Numbered from the stretch's first letter, positions 10,171 through 20,813 are shown. The stretch is DNA of 64,000 bases from Acidobacteriota bacterium (GCA_963666055.2 CAXWPH010000015.1:1632001-1696000); one strand, 5' to 3'. The notes: a model not told the origin generated them from the sequence alone. A program made the numbers and translations.

Positions 10171-10575
10171 ATGAAACACGCCCACAAGCGCCTCGACAAC
10201 CAGCGGTTTGATCATCGCATTCTGGCGGTGTTCGTAGCTCTGGCAATTCTGACCCTGCTCGCAGCTGCACGAACCACGAGGCACTTGCGCCTGACCGGCA
10301 GCGCCCCCGAGCAGGACGCCGCGCTCGAAGCGTCGCCTGCCGAGATCCGTCTCTGGTTCTCGCTGGAACCGGAGCTGGCGATCAGTCGCATCAGCCTGAG
10401 CTGCCACGATACGGAGAAGCTCGGCGAGCTGCACGCCGGCGACGAGAACTCGCTCTATATCGAAGTCGAGAGCGATCTGGAACCCGGCGGCCACACCGTC
10501 GTTTGGCGCACTTCGAGCGGCGACGGCCACCCGATCCGGGGTACGATACCGTTCAGCACGCCGTTGGCTCGCTGA
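10171..10575 (+). CDS. copC: Copper resistance protein, CopC family
   Basis: Signal peptide, then H-LRLTGSAP..SPAEIRLWFS..VVWRTSSGDGHPIRG. Confidence 0.8.
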   Translation: MKHAHKRLDNQRFDHRILAVFVALAILTLLAAARTTRHLRLTGSAPEQDAALEASPAEIRLWFSLEPELAISRISLSCHDTEKLGELHAGDENSLYIEVESDLEPGGHTVVWRTSSGDGHPIRGTIPFSTPLAR

Positions 10576-10677
10576 GCGAGCCGACGGGCGTCGAGGCCCC
10601 GCGCCATAGCCTGCACGCAAGCCGCAATCTGCAATACACTGGATCTCATCATCCTTGCTCCAAACTGTGAGGCGCCC

Positions 10678-11575
10678 GTGAGTCATCGCCCGTCCCGGAT
10701 CCCTGTTGTCGCCCTTGCGCTCCTCATCGCGGTCTCCGTAGTCACCCCGGCGCCTGTCGCGGCACAGAGCAAGGTGCGCGTTGCGGTGAATGAACTTCGA
10801 CAACAACAGCACGTGGGGCTACTGGGGTGACAGTCTGGGAGCAGCCGCGGCCGACGAGCTTGCCACCCAGTTGGTGCGGTCGGGCCGTTTCACGGTGATC
10901 GAACGCCGAGAGCTCGAGGCGATACTCGCCGAGCAGGACTTCGGCGCTAGCGGACGCGTCAGCGCTTCGTCGGCAGCCCAGATCGGCAAGGTCCTAGGAG
11001 CCCAGCTCATGATAACCGGCTCGATCACGCAGTTCTCGGTGGCGAGCAAGCGTGTCGGCATCGGCGGCATTGGCGGGCGCTTTACCGAGGCGGAGAGCAT
11101 TGTCGACGTGCGCGTGGTGAACACCGTAACCAGCGAGATCTTGGTGGTGGCTGAGGGCAAGGGAAAGAAGCGCCTCGGTGGTATCCACGTCAACAACGTC
11201 AGCTTCGAGCAGGAGTTCGACGTGGGTCTGGCCCAGGCAGCGCTCCGCCCGGCGATCGAGGAGGCGGTTGAGGAGATCGTCGGTCAGGCACAGAGCTTCG
11301 AGGGACTCAAGCCGGTGATGCCGCCGGCCAGCATCGTCGGAACCCGCGGCAGCGACTACTACATCGATCGCGGTCAGAACTTCGGCGTTGCGGTCGGTCA
11401 GCAGTTCGCCGTCATGCGTGTCGTCGACGAGATCAAGGATGCGCAGGGCAACGTGCTCGATCGGATCACCGATCGCGTCGGGCTGCTCGAGGTCACCCGC
11501 GTGCTCGGGCAGTCGGCCGTATGCCGGCTCGTCGAGGGCTCTGCCGCCGAGGGCGATTCGCTAACTGCGCAGTAG
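10678..11575 (+). CDS. CsgG/HfaB-family protein with C-terminal beta domain; +1 frameshift near 10788
   Basis: GRFTVIERRELEAILAEQ..IGKVLGAQLMITGSITQF. Signal peptide and KVRVAV are encoded from GTG 10678 in the adjacent frame (gtgAatg). Confidence 0.8.
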
Positions 11576-11618
11576 TCGACCGCGATTGCTCGGTCGGCGT
11601 CGGTCAGGAGGCTGCCCG

Positions 11619-12587
11619 GTGCGCAGTCAGCTCGCTGTTGCGTTGTTTCTGGTAGCGTGCGTAGGCACGTCGTGCGCCAACCTCCGGGTCGCTGAGCCAC
11701 CAACCGGCGGGCCGGGCGCCACGCGGCCCTCATTCGCGGCCCGCGAGCCTGTCCGCGTCGTCATCATGTGCGCCGTCCAGTCCGAGCTCGAAAAGTTGCT
11801 GGTGGCGTCGCGCATAGACGCCACCCGCGAGCTCGCTGGCCGGACGCACCACGTGGGCAACCTCGAGGGACACCCCGTGGTGCTGTTGCTTGCCGGCGTC
11901 AGCATGGTCAATGCGGCGGCCGCGACGCAGGCGGTCATCGATCACTTCGAGGTGGGAGCGATCATCTTCTCGGGTATCGCCGGCGGAGCGAACCCTGGCT
12001 TGAACATTGGCGATGTGACCGTTCCGGCACGCTGGGGCCAACATCAGGAGATGGTGTTCGCCCGCCATACGCCCGATGGCTGGGATACTGGCGGTCGCGC
12101 CAACGAGTTCACCAACTTTGGCATGATGTTCCCGCGCGGGCAGCTGCTGCCGGGGGCACAGATCGACTCACAACGTGGCGAGCGACGTTTCTGGTTCTCG
12201 GTTGACGAGCGCATGCTGGCGCACGCCCGCGAGCTTGCCGGAGAGTTTGTGCTGAAGCGCTGCGCCGGCTCCGGCGAGTGCCTCGACAAGACGCCGCGTC
12301 TGGTCGTCGGTGGCAACGGCGTGTCGGGGCCGACCTTCCTCGACAATACTGCCTTCCGCGAGTGGATCTGGGACACCTTCGAGGCCGACGCGGTGGATAT
12401 GGAGACGGCCGCCGTGGCTCAGGTGGCGGCACTCAACGGCACGCGATTTCTGGCCTTTCGCTCGCTATCAGACTTGGCCGGGGGCGCAGCGGGAGGTAAC
12501 CAGATTCGAACGTTCAGGCGCCTGGCGGCCGACAACTCTGCCACCGTCCTGCTGCGGTTCTTGCGCCGCTGGCGTGGTGTCGACTAG
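11619..12587 (+). CDS. MTA/SAH nucleosidase-like phosphorylase (PNP_UDP family), probably exported
   Basis: GVSMVNAA, FSGIAGG, VDMETAAVAQV and RSLSDLAGG motifs; AGGAGG RBS. Confidence 0.88.
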   Translation: MRSQLAVALFLVACVGTSCANLRVAEPPTGGPGATRPSFAAREPVRVVIMCAVQSELEKLLVASRIDATRELAGRTHHVGNLEGHPVVLLLAGVSMVNAAAATQAVIDHFEVGAIIFSGIAGGANPGLNIGDVTVPARWGQHQEMVFARHTPDGWDTGGRANEFTNFGMMFPRGQLLPGAQIDSQRGERRFWFSVDERMLAHARELAGEFVLKRCAGSGECLDKTPRLVVGGNGVSGPTFLDNTAFREWIWDTFEADAVDMETAAVAQVAALNGTRFLAFRSLSDLAGGAAGGNQIRTFRRLAADNSATVLLRFLRRWRGVD

Positions 12588-12861
12588 TGGCCTGTAACAG
12601 ATGATCGTTGCAACTCGTGGTGGCGAAATGGGTGCGGATGCCAGGCGCGACGACGAGACGATGTTTGCCCATCGTGGAGGAGGAGCAACGCCGCAGACGG
12701 GCCGATTTCGCCGCCATCCTGCGGACAGATGGGCAGTTGCGGGCGATCTCGGCGTTGCGCCTCGTCGACGATGCCCACTGCATCGCCCTCCTCGCCGCGC
12801 CTTGATCTCACCCGTAAATCCCATCTGCCATATGCAACGATCATCTGTTACAGGCCACTGG
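12584..12861. mobile_element. MITE-like element, TIR type A (278 bp)
   Basis: Perfect 27-bp TIR AGTGGCCTGTAACAGATGATCGTTGCA (12586-12612 / 12833-12859); CTAG left and CTGG right; no transposase. Confidence 0.85.
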
Positions 12862-12863
12862 TG

Positions 12864-14033
12864 ATGTCGTCGCCCATCGAGGTGGGCGTGCTGGCGCTCG
12901 CTGTTGCTACATGCCTGGCCTGGGCCGCCTTCGCGATCGATGTGCTCCGCGGACGCGGCACGATGAGCTTCGTGCGCGACATGCCGGTGCCCGACGCTGA
13001 GACGCTGGCTGCCCTGCCGCGCGTCAGCGTTATCGTGCCGGCGCGCAATGAGGTCGAGATGGTTGAGCCCGCCCTGCGCTCCGTACTGAATCTCGACTAC
13101 CCGGATCTGGAGGTCATCGCCGTTGATGATCGGTCTGACGACGGCACCGGCAGTGTGCTCGACGCGATGGCCGCTTCGGATTCGCGGCTGAAGGTGATCC
13201 ACATCACCGATCTGCCAGTGGGTTGGATCGGCAAGAACCACGCGTTGCAGCGCGGCGCGGAGATGGCGTCCGGTGAGCTGCTGCTGTTCACCGATGCCGA
13301 TGTCCTCTTCGAGCCCACCGTGCTGGTGCGCGCCGTCGGCCAACTCGTCGCGCACGGCTACGATCACCTGACCATGCCGGCCGATATCCGCGTTGCGAGC
13401 GCGCCCCTCGAGTTGTTCATGGCCACCTTCGCGCTGCTGTTCAACGGCTACTTCCGACCCTGGCGAGTCAGCGATCCGCGGAGCTCCGCGGCGGTGGGGT
13501 TCGGTAGCTTCAACCTGGTACGACGAGGGGCCTATGAGCATGCCGGAACACACGCGGCGTTGGCGATGGATCCGCTCGACGATATGCGGTTGGGAGTCAA
13601 CCTCAAAGCAAGCGGGGCAACGCCTCACTGCGCCGTCGCTGGTTCTTTTCTGCGCCTCGAGTGGTACCCGAGTTTGGCAGCGGCGTTCCGAGGGCTGGAG
13701 AAGAACACGCTGGGCGCGGTCAACTACTCGGTGCTGTTGCTCGCGGCTGGTGGCCTGGCGCAGACCGTCATGGTGGTGTGGCCGTTTGTCGCCATCTGGG
13801 TGACCGCCGGTGTGACGCGATGGTTGAACGTCACCGCGGTGGCAACGATCGTGGCGATCCAGATAGGCATGCTGAGAGAGACCAGCTTGCGGCTTTGGAC
13901 CGTTCCGTTGCTGCCGTTGGGGGTGCTTCTCGCGCAGGCATGTTTCGCCCGAGCTGCGGCGCTGGCGCTGTGGCGCGGCGGCATCTACTGGCGCGGCACG
14001 TTCTACCGGCTGGATGATCTGAAGGGTGCATGA
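12864..14033 (+). CDS. Membrane glycosyltransferase family 2
   Basis: VSVIVPARNE, DDRSDDGT, GWIGKNHA, FTDAD and WRG tail; TM helices. Confidence 0.9.
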   Translation: MSSPIEVGVLALAVATCLAWAAFAIDVLRGRGTMSFVRDMPVPDAETLAALPRVSVIVPARNEVEMVEPALRSVLNLDYPDLEVIAVDDRSDDGTGSVLDAMAASDSRLKVIHITDLPVGWIGKNHALQRGAEMASGELLLFTDADVLFEPTVLVRAVGQLVAHGYDHLTMPADIRVASAPLELFMATFALLFNGYFRPWRVSDPRSSAAVGFGSFNLVRRGAYEHAGTHAALAMDPLDDMRLGVNLKASGATPHCAVAGSFLRLEWYPSLAAAFRGLEKNTLGAVNYSVLLLAAGGLAQTVMVVWPFVAIWVTAGVTRWLNVTAVATIVAIQIGMLRETSLRLWTVPLLPLGVLLAQACFARAAALALWRGGIYWRGTFYRLDDLKGA

Positions 14034-14102
14034 ACGGCCCGGTCACCCTCTCGGGCGATCCTGGGCCGCGCTGGCTGTCGTAGCGACTGCGCTTGGCGGA
14101 GC

Positions 14103-16157
14103 TTACTCAGGCCCGTCGGCGTCGGCGTCAGCATCGGGCTTCAAACGCACCGCCCACAGACCGGAGTTGTTGTCGGCGAAGAAGATGTGCCCCTTGTGGG
14201 TCATCGTGCCCCAGGTACGGCGCGCGTTGGGCTTGAAGCCCTGTGGGTCGTCGGCCAGGAAATAGCCGATCTCACGTCCCTGCCGGTACAGGTCGCCGAG
14301 CAGCTCACCGGAAATGTCGACGACGCGCAGCCCGGCGTTGTAGTAGGCGATGTAGAGGGTGTCGCCGTCCACCCAGAAGTTGTGGGTGCCGCCGAACGGC
14401 ACCTGGTAGCGGGCCACCTCGCGCGGGTTCTCGAGATCGTCGAAGTCGATGAAGTGGATCCAGCCGGCGGCCTGCACCGGTGGCCCCTCGAAGCGATCCA
14501 GACCCATCGGGTTGCGCTCACGCGGGAAGGCCTCGTCGCCGGCGATGACGTAGAACTTGCCGCTCGAGCTCTTGAAAGGCCAGGCGGCGTGGTTCCAGCC
14601 GCTCGGATACGCGTACCGCGCCATTTCCACAGGGCTCACCGGAGAGCCCCCCATGCCGCCGCCACCGACGTCGACGAGGATCACCCCGTCGTCCCAGTTC
14701 GACGACACCGCAACTCCGTCGATCACCCAGACGTCGTGAATCGATCGGCCTGGCGAGTCGAGCTCGAACCGCCCGACACGATAGGGATTGCGCGGATCCT
14801 CGATGTTGAGGACGTCGTAACGGCGTCCGCCGGACAGGGCGTAGATGTGATCGTCGTGTATGTAGACGTTGTGCACCCCACCGGTCATCTGGTCGTCGTA
14901 CCGCGCTAGCACCTTGACCCCGTCGCGCGGGCTCGAAACGTCGAGGATCACCAGTCCGTTGCGGCGGTCCGAGGCGCCCTCGCGGCTGATCACCGCAATG
15001 CTCCCGTCCTCGGACACCTTGACGTCGTTGACGGTGCGGGCGTCGACCTTGACCATGTCGATGAGCTGAATGTTGCGTGGGTCGGTGACGTCCCAAACGT
15101 AGGCGTGCCCGGCGGCCCCCCACGTCCCGGTGATGGCATAGTCACCGCCGTCTGGGGCCTCCCAGACCCACAGGTCGGAGGTCTTACGATCGGCGACGCG
15201 CCCGTGTCCGACCAGCTCGATATCACGCCGTACGTTGCGCGGTGTCGCCACCACGGTCGTCGATGCCCAGTGCTGGCCGGCCGTCGCCAGGATTGTGTAC
15301 TCACCCGGGAGGTCGGCGACAAAACGCCCGTCAGCCGTAACCAGCCCGGAGGGCGGCTCCCCGAGACCGTGCTGATCGGTGCGGGCGCGGAACGCATACA
15401 CCACCGGCATTTCCGGCACCGGGTTGCCGTCGCCGCCGAGTGGCGTGGCCTCGAGGTGAACCACCTCGCCGGTGCGTACCTCGCTGGCGCTCGATGTCAT
15501 CCGCAGCGACGCCGTGGGATCGGCTGAGACGCGCACCTCGATGCTGTCGCGCACCTCCTCGGCACGCGCTGTGACCATTGCGGTGCCGCGGCCGACGAGC
15601 CGCATCGACCCGACGTGGTCGATCTCGACAACCGAGGTATCGCTGCTCTCGAGCACCGGCGAGATGTCGGTGCGGCTGGTGCCCGACACGTCAGCAGCTT
15701 CGAACTCGGGACGTACGGTGGTGCCGATGTAATAGCGCCCGGGCATGCTGGTGAAGGCGATGGAAGCGAGCGGCGGCACCGGCACGTGTACGGCGACAAC
15801 GGCGCGCAACGCGTCGTCGTCGCGGCGCGGGTCCACATCCGGCGAGCTGGGGACGATGGCCACTACTTCCACATCGCCCGGCTTGTACGCCTCGATCGTG
15901 CCAGCGGGGTTGACGCCGACGCGGCGCCGCGCTCGCGACACATAGACGATCTGTACGTCGTCCAATACGTTGCCGTCGCCGTCGCGCACCACCGCAGTGA
16001 CCTGAGCGGCGCTGCCGACCTCGATCGTGACCTGCTCGGGGTTGACCTCGATACTCGCCGGCGGTGGCGTTGCCTCTTGAGGGTCGGCTTGCATCGACGC
16101 GGTCAACGACAGCAGGGCAACGACCAACAATGGGGCAACACGTGCGGTGCGGTTCAT
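14103..16157 (-). CDS. Secreted Ig-like domain plus LVIVD-repeat beta-propeller protein
   Basis: Signal peptide; LVILDVSSP, LRVVDISG, HNVYI/HDVWV/HNFWV repeats. Confidence 0.8.
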   Translation of the reverse strand: MNRTARVAPLLVVALLSLTASMQADPQEATPPPASIEVNPEQVTIEVGSAAQVTAVVRDGDGNVLDDVQIVYVSRARRRVGVNPAGTIEAYKPGDVEVVAIVPSSPDVDPRRDDDALRAVVAVHVPVPPLASIAFTSMPGRYYIGTTVRPEFEAADVSGTSRTDISPVLESSDTSVVEIDHVGSMRLVGRGTAMVTARAEEVRDSIEVRVSADPTASLRMTSSASEVRTGEVVHLEATPLGGDGNPVPEMPVVYAFRARTDQHGLGEPPSGLVTADGRFVADLPGEYTILATAGQHWASTTVVATPRNVRRDIELVGHGRVADRKTSDLWVWEAPDGGDYAITGTWGAAGHAYVWDVTDPRNIQLIDMVKVDARTVNDVKVSEDGSIAVISREGASDRRNGLVILDVSSPRDGVKVLARYDDQMTGGVHNVYIHDDHIYALSGGRRYDVLNIEDPRNPYRVGRFELDSPGRSIHDVWVIDGVAVSSNWDDGVILVDVGGGGMGGSPVSPVEMARYAYPSGWNHAAWPFKSSSGKFYVIAGDEAFPRERNPMGLDRFEGPPVQAAGWIHFIDFDDLENPREVARYQVPFGGTHNFWVDGDTLYIAYYNAGLRVVDISGELLGDLYRQGREIGYFLADDPQGFKPNARRTWGTMTHKGHIFFADNNSGLWAVRLKPDADADADGPE

Positions 16158-16403
16158 TGCTCGATCCGGGTTGGGACGGAAGGGGGCAATCGATGCCTAG
16201 ACTCTGCCATGCGCGATCGCCAAAGTCGCGACCTGTCGGGATGTCGCCGGCGTGCCTGACGGCGGTCGTGTAAAGAAGCGTCAAGACCAGGAAAAGAACG
16301 TGCGAGGCAGCGTTTTTTGCGTTGTTCGGCGGTCGGTCGATCGCTACAGTGAATTGGACGCACGCGCGCCGCTCCAGGTCGCCGTCCGCCCCTGTCAGAG
16401 GCC

Positions 16404-18737
16404 GTGAAGATACTTGACGAACACGCTAGGCCGCGCCGCGATCTCCGCTTCTGCTTGGTGATACTCGCGAGTACGGCGCTGACGCTCTTGGTGATGTCTG
16501 CGCCAGCCTTGGCTGTGCCTCAGGATGGAGGCAGGCAGCAGCGTGACGAGGCAGCGCAGGAGCTTCTCGAGGCTCTCGAAGCTGCCACCGATCCGATCGC
16601 GGTCAAGTCGGCACGTGCGGCAACCCCCGAGGAAGAAGCCGAGATCGGGCAGGGCGGCAAGCGAATGGTGGCCACGGAAGCGCCGGTGGCCCCCCGCATC
16701 GACGGCTGGGTCGACGACGACGTGTGGGCGCTGGCCGAGGTGGTGACCGACTTCTTACAACGCGAGCCCGTAGAGGGCGGAGTTCCCACACAGCGCACCG
16801 AGGTGCGCATCCTGTTCGACGATAAAAACCTCTATATAGGCTTCGTGATGTACGACGACGAGCCCGGCCGCGTCGTCGCCTCCGACCTGCGCCGCGACAG
16901 TCGTCTGGAGACCGACGACAGCATCGCGGTGCTGCTCGACACGTTCCACGATCACCGTAACGGTTTTCTGTTCCGCGTCAATGCGCTCGGCACCAAATAC
17001 GACGCGACGGTACAGGGGGAGCGCAACGTTAACTCCCGCTGGGACGAGAGGTGGGAGGCTGCCGCCAGAATCACGCCGAATGGCTGGGAGGCGGAGATGC
17101 AGATCCCCTTCAAGGCGCTGAGGTTCGACGCCGGTGCGCATATCTGGGGCATCGATTTCAACCGCGAGATCCGTCGTACCAACGAAGAGGTCAACTGGAG
17201 CAACTACCGCCGCGGCTTCAACTTTCGTGACATCTCGCAGGGTGGTCACCTGCTCGGTCTGCGAAGCCTCGCGCTCACCGGTCGCTACCGGCTCAAGCCC
17301 TACGTGGCCGGTGCCTACACGGCGCTCAACGCGACCGATTCGCCGCTGACCGACGGTAGCGGCGACTTCGGCATCGAGGACTTCAAGGTCCAGATTACCC
17401 CCAACCTGACGGCAGACCTCACGGTCAATACCGATTTTGCCCAGGTTGAGGACGACGAGGAGCGTGTCAACCTGACGCGCTTCCCACTGTTCTTTCCCGA
17501 GCGCCGGGAGTTCTTCCTGGAAGGGTCCGACAAGTTCGATTTCGGTGGCGGCGGAGGGCGCGGCCGCGGCGGACCCAGCTCGCTGCTCTATCACTCGCGC
17601 AACATCGGATTGTTCGATGGAAGCCCGGTCACCATGCGGTACGGCGCCAAGCTGACCGGCAAGATAGGGAACACAAGCATTGGCTTTATCAACGCCCAGA
17701 CGGGCGACAGCGCCGAGCTCGACTACGTCGGGCGCAACCACACGACGCTGCGTTTGAAGCAGGACATCCTCGAGCGCTCCTCGATCGGCCTGATCTTGAC
17801 CAACGTCCAAGACGATGGGGCGCACAATCGCGTTGCTGGATTCGACGCCAGCTTCCGCTTCTTCGATCACATGAGCGTGCGCGGCAATATCGCCCAGGCG
17901 CGAGACTCCGAGGTCGGGCGCCCGCAATATGTCGGTGCCTTCGACGCCGGCTGGGACAGCGACCTGTGGAGCGCCCAAGCGAGCTACAGCTACGCCGATC
18001 CCGACTTCGTCACCGACATGGGCTTCATCCGGCGGCGCGACATGATACGGCAGAATTATCGTCTCGGCTGGAAGCCTCGACCCAGCTGGTCGTGGATGCG
18101 GCAGATGATGTTCTTTGGCGTGGTCGAGTACATCACCGATACCGCCGGTAACCCCGAGACCCGGGAGCACACGTTGTGGACACGCTATCAGCTGGAGTCG
18201 GGTGACTCGGCCAGCATCATGGTGCAGCGTTCCTTCGAACGAATTCGGGAGCCGTTCGAGGTATCAGATCAGGCGGAGATCAGCGTCGGCGACTACACCA
18301 ACAACGAGTGGAGAGCGTCGTTCGAGTCGTATCGGGCGCGGCGGCTCAGCGGCCGCGTCAACGTCAGCGGCGGCGGGTTCTTCGACGGCACCAGGCGTTC
18401 GTACGGCGGCAGCATGACGATGCGCTTCAACGAGAAGCTGTCGCTGTCGCCGCGCTACGACCTCAACCGCATCGAGCTACCGACTGACGCCTTCGACACC
18501 CACCTGGCGAGCATGCGAGCGTCGTACAACTTCAGCGATCGGTGGCTGACCAGCGCGCTGGTGCAGTACAACAGCATCGCCGACCGACTGTCGATCTTCG
18601 CGCGGCTGAACTTCATCCACCGGACCGGCGACGACCTGTTTCTGGTCTACAAGTCGACGGTGCGCTACGATCCGGAGTTCTACGGCCAGATGGACCAGGC
18701 CGTGATCGCCAAGATGACGCGGTCGTTCGACTTCTAG
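16404..18737 (+). CDS. CBM9-like plus DUF5916-type outer-membrane protein
   Basis: APRIDGWVDD..W, EMQIPFKALRF, NTDFAQVE, FFPERREFFLEG; C-terminal F. Confidence 0.8.
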   Translation: MKILDEHARPRRDLRFCLVILASTALTLLVMSAPALAVPQDGGRQQRDEAAQELLEALEAATDPIAVKSARAATPEEEAEIGQGGKRMVATEAPVAPRIDGWVDDDVWALAEVVTDFLQREPVEGGVPTQRTEVRILFDDKNLYIGFVMYDDEPGRVVASDLRRDSRLETDDSIAVLLDTFHDHRNGFLFRVNALGTKYDATVQGERNVNSRWDERWEAAARITPNGWEAEMQIPFKALRFDAGAHIWGIDFNREIRRTNEEVNWSNYRRGFNFRDISQGGHLLGLRSLALTGRYRLKPYVAGAYTALNATDSPLTDGSGDFGIEDFKVQITPNLTADLTVNTDFAQVEDDEERVNLTRFPLFFPERREFFLEGSDKFDFGGGGGRGRGGPSSLLYHSRNIGLFDGSPVTMRYGAKLTGKIGNTSIGFINAQTGDSAELDYVGRNHTTLRLKQDILERSSIGLILTNVQDDGAHNRVAGFDASFRFFDHMSVRGNIAQARDSEVGRPQYVGAFDAGWDSDLWSAQASYSYADPDFVTDMGFIRRRDMIRQNYRLGWKPRPSWSWMRQMMFFGVVEYITDTAGNPETREHTLWTRYQLESGDSASIMVQRSFERIREPFEVSDQAEISVGDYTNNEWRASFESYRARRLSGRVNVSGGGFFDGTRRSYGGSMTMRFNEKLSLSPRYDLNRIELPTDAFDTHLASMRASYNFSDRWLTSALVQYNSIADRLSIFARLNFIHRTGDDLFLVYKSTVRYDPEFYGQMDQAVIAKMTRSFDF

Positions 18738-18780
18738 GACACTAACCGCTACCCGACCCCCCACTCGCGAGCCTGCTCAC

Positions 18781-20409
18781 TTGTCTCGAAACCCGCTCGC
18801 TCTGCGCGTCCTCCTTGCTTGTGTCCTGCCCTTGGCGGTGGTGCGCTGTGCCTCGAGGCCGGCGCCCGTATTGACGCCGGTGCCGCTCGGCGACGGCCCC
18901 TCGCTGGTGGTGGTAATCGCCATCGACCAGGCGCGCTACGACTATCTGGTGCGCTTCCGGTCGTTCTTCACGGGCGGGCTCGCGCACTTGCTCGACAACG
19001 GTGCGGTGTTCACCAACGCACATCAGAACCATTCGATGACGGCGACGGCGCCAGGGCATGCGACGATCGCTACAGGACTCGAGCCGGCGCACTCGGGCAT
19101 CGTCGGCAACAACTGGTACGACCGACAACGGAACGTAGAAGTTTACTCGGGCGGGCCGGCGGCACAGCGGTCGCCTTTGCTGCTGCAGGGGACGGCGATC
19201 GGCGACTGGATGAAAGCGGCTGATCCGCGCTCGAAGGTATTCACTGCCAGCCTCAAGGACCGCTCGGCGATCATGCTGGGTGGTCAGGGCGCCGACGGGG
19301 TCTTCTGGTACGACGGTCGCTATGGCTCTTGGACGAGCAGCAGCTACTACGGGGGGGCGCTTCCTGATTGGCTCGTCGACTTCAACCGAGAGCGACGGCT
19401 CGACCGCTTCTACGGTACCGCCTGGGAGCCGCTGACCGACGAGCCCCGCTGGGCCGAGGTAGATGTCGAGCATCTCGACACCGGGGCTTTTGCGCGCCGC
19501 TTCCCGCACGTGCTCGGTTGGTCGAACCCCGAGCCGAGCTCAGTGTTCTACGAGCGGATTCCGAACAGTCCGTGGGGCGACTGGTACCTGGCTGAGATGG
19601 CCGAAGCCTTGATCGTCAACGAGGATCTCGGGGCCGATGGCAGCGTCGACCTCCTTGGTCTGGCGTTCTCCTCGCTCGACTACGTTGGGCACACGTATGG
19701 GCCCAACGCCCCGGAGGTTCTCGACGTGCTGGTGCGACTGGATCAGCGCCTCGGCGAGCTGCTGGAGTTCATTGACGAGCGTATTGGCCTCGACCACGTG
19801 TTGTTGGCGTTGAGCGCCGATCACGGTGTTCAGGTAATGCCCGAGTACCTGGCGTCTCGTGGGTTGGAGGGCCAGCGGCTGAACGGTGAGGATCTGCTCT
19901 GCGTCCAGCAGGCGGGCGAGCGGCTCCGCGAGAAACTCGGCGACCAGGAATGGATCGAGTGGACCTACTACCTCGACGAATCGGTGATCGCGCGGCAGCA
20001 GCTCGACAAGGCGGATGTGGAGGCGGAGCTCGCCGCAATTCTCAGCGCCTGTGCCGCGGTCGAGCGCGTTTGGACCTCGGCCGAGTTGATGGACGATCGC
20101 CCTACCGCCGATCTGCAGACGCAGCGATACCGAAACAACTACTTCGCGGGTCGGAGTCCTGACCTGGTCGTCCAGTACCACGACTACTTTCTGGACGATC
20201 AATCGATGGGCACCACTCACGGAACGGTGTTCGATTATGACTCCCACGTACCGATGATCGTGGCCGGGCCGGGCGTTGTCGCTGGCGAGCACGACGAGCG
20301 CGCCGCGACAGCAGATCTCGCCCCGACACTGGCGGCCCTGCTCGGCATCGAGCCCCCTGCCGGCCTGGACGGCCGCGACCTCAGCGCCCAGCTGCGCACG
20401 GGGCACTAG
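18781..20409 (+). CDS. Alkaline phosphatase / nucleotide pyrophosphatase (PafA-like)
   Basis: IDQARYDY, TAPGHATIATG, DYVGHTYGP, SADHG and THGTVFDYDSHVP motifs. Confidence 0.9.
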   Translation: MSRNPLALRVLLACVLPLAVVRCASRPAPVLTPVPLGDGPSLVVVIAIDQARYDYLVRFRSFFTGGLAHLLDNGAVFTNAHQNHSMTATAPGHATIATGLEPAHSGIVGNNWYDRQRNVEVYSGGPAAQRSPLLLQGTAIGDWMKAADPRSKVFTASLKDRSAIMLGGQGADGVFWYDGRYGSWTSSSYYGGALPDWLVDFNRERRLDRFYGTAWEPLTDEPRWAEVDVEHLDTGAFARRFPHVLGWSNPEPSSVFYERIPNSPWGDWYLAEMAEALIVNEDLGADGSVDLLGLAFSSLDYVGHTYGPNAPEVLDVLVRLDQRLGELLEFIDERIGLDHVLLALSADHGVQVMPEYLASRGLEGQRLNGEDLLCVQQAGERLREKLGDQEWIEWTYYLDESVIARQQLDKADVEAELAAILSACAAVERVWTSAELMDDRPTADLQTQRYRNNYFAGRSPDLVVQYHDYFLDDQSMGTTHGTVFDYDSHVPMIVAGPGVVAGEHDERAATADLAPTLAALLGIEPPAGLDGRDLSAQLRTGH

Positions 20410-20432
20410 GCCGTAGTGGAAGTGTGGCGAGC
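20406..20432. mobile_element. Degenerate TIR type B remnant
   Basis: CTAGGCCGTAGTGGAAGTGTGGCGAGC resembles the left end of the 26950 element; its TAG is the phosphatase stop. Confidence 0.65.
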
Positions 20433-20443
20433 CGGCCAGCCGG

Positions 20444-20722
20444 CTACTCGTTGCTCCAGGAGGTGCGAGTTGGAAGCGACTGAGTGCAGTTGATGCGCTC
20501 GGTCATGCCGGTCGCCAACGTCGAGCAAGCCATCTCGGCGGCGGTGCGGATCGCTTCCTCGTGCGTCATGCCCGAGGCGACGCGACACTCGGTACGGCCC
20601 TTGAACGTGAAACAGATCTCGCCCGTGACCTGTGCGAGGCCGATGCTCGAATAGACGATCAGCGCCAGCAGGCCGGCGACGAGCACTCCGACCGCGACGA
20701 ACAAGCCCCTGCGACTGCCCAT
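20444..20722 (-). CDS. Small membrane-anchored Cys-containing hypothetical protein
   Basis: N-terminal TM helix and four Cys; TATCAT -10 box 6 nt before the ATG. Confidence 0.7.
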   Translation of the reverse strand: MGSRRGLFVAVGVLVAGLLALIVYSSIGLAQVTGEICFTFKGRTECRVASGMTHEEAIRTAAEMACSTLATGMTERINCTQSLPTRTSWSNE

Positions 20723-20813
20723 TGCCCGATGATACAGTCAACTCGCTCCCAGCAACGGCTGGTGTCTTCGGTGCGAATGGTAGCCGACGTCTCCGGCGAC
20801 CACGGATGACCCG

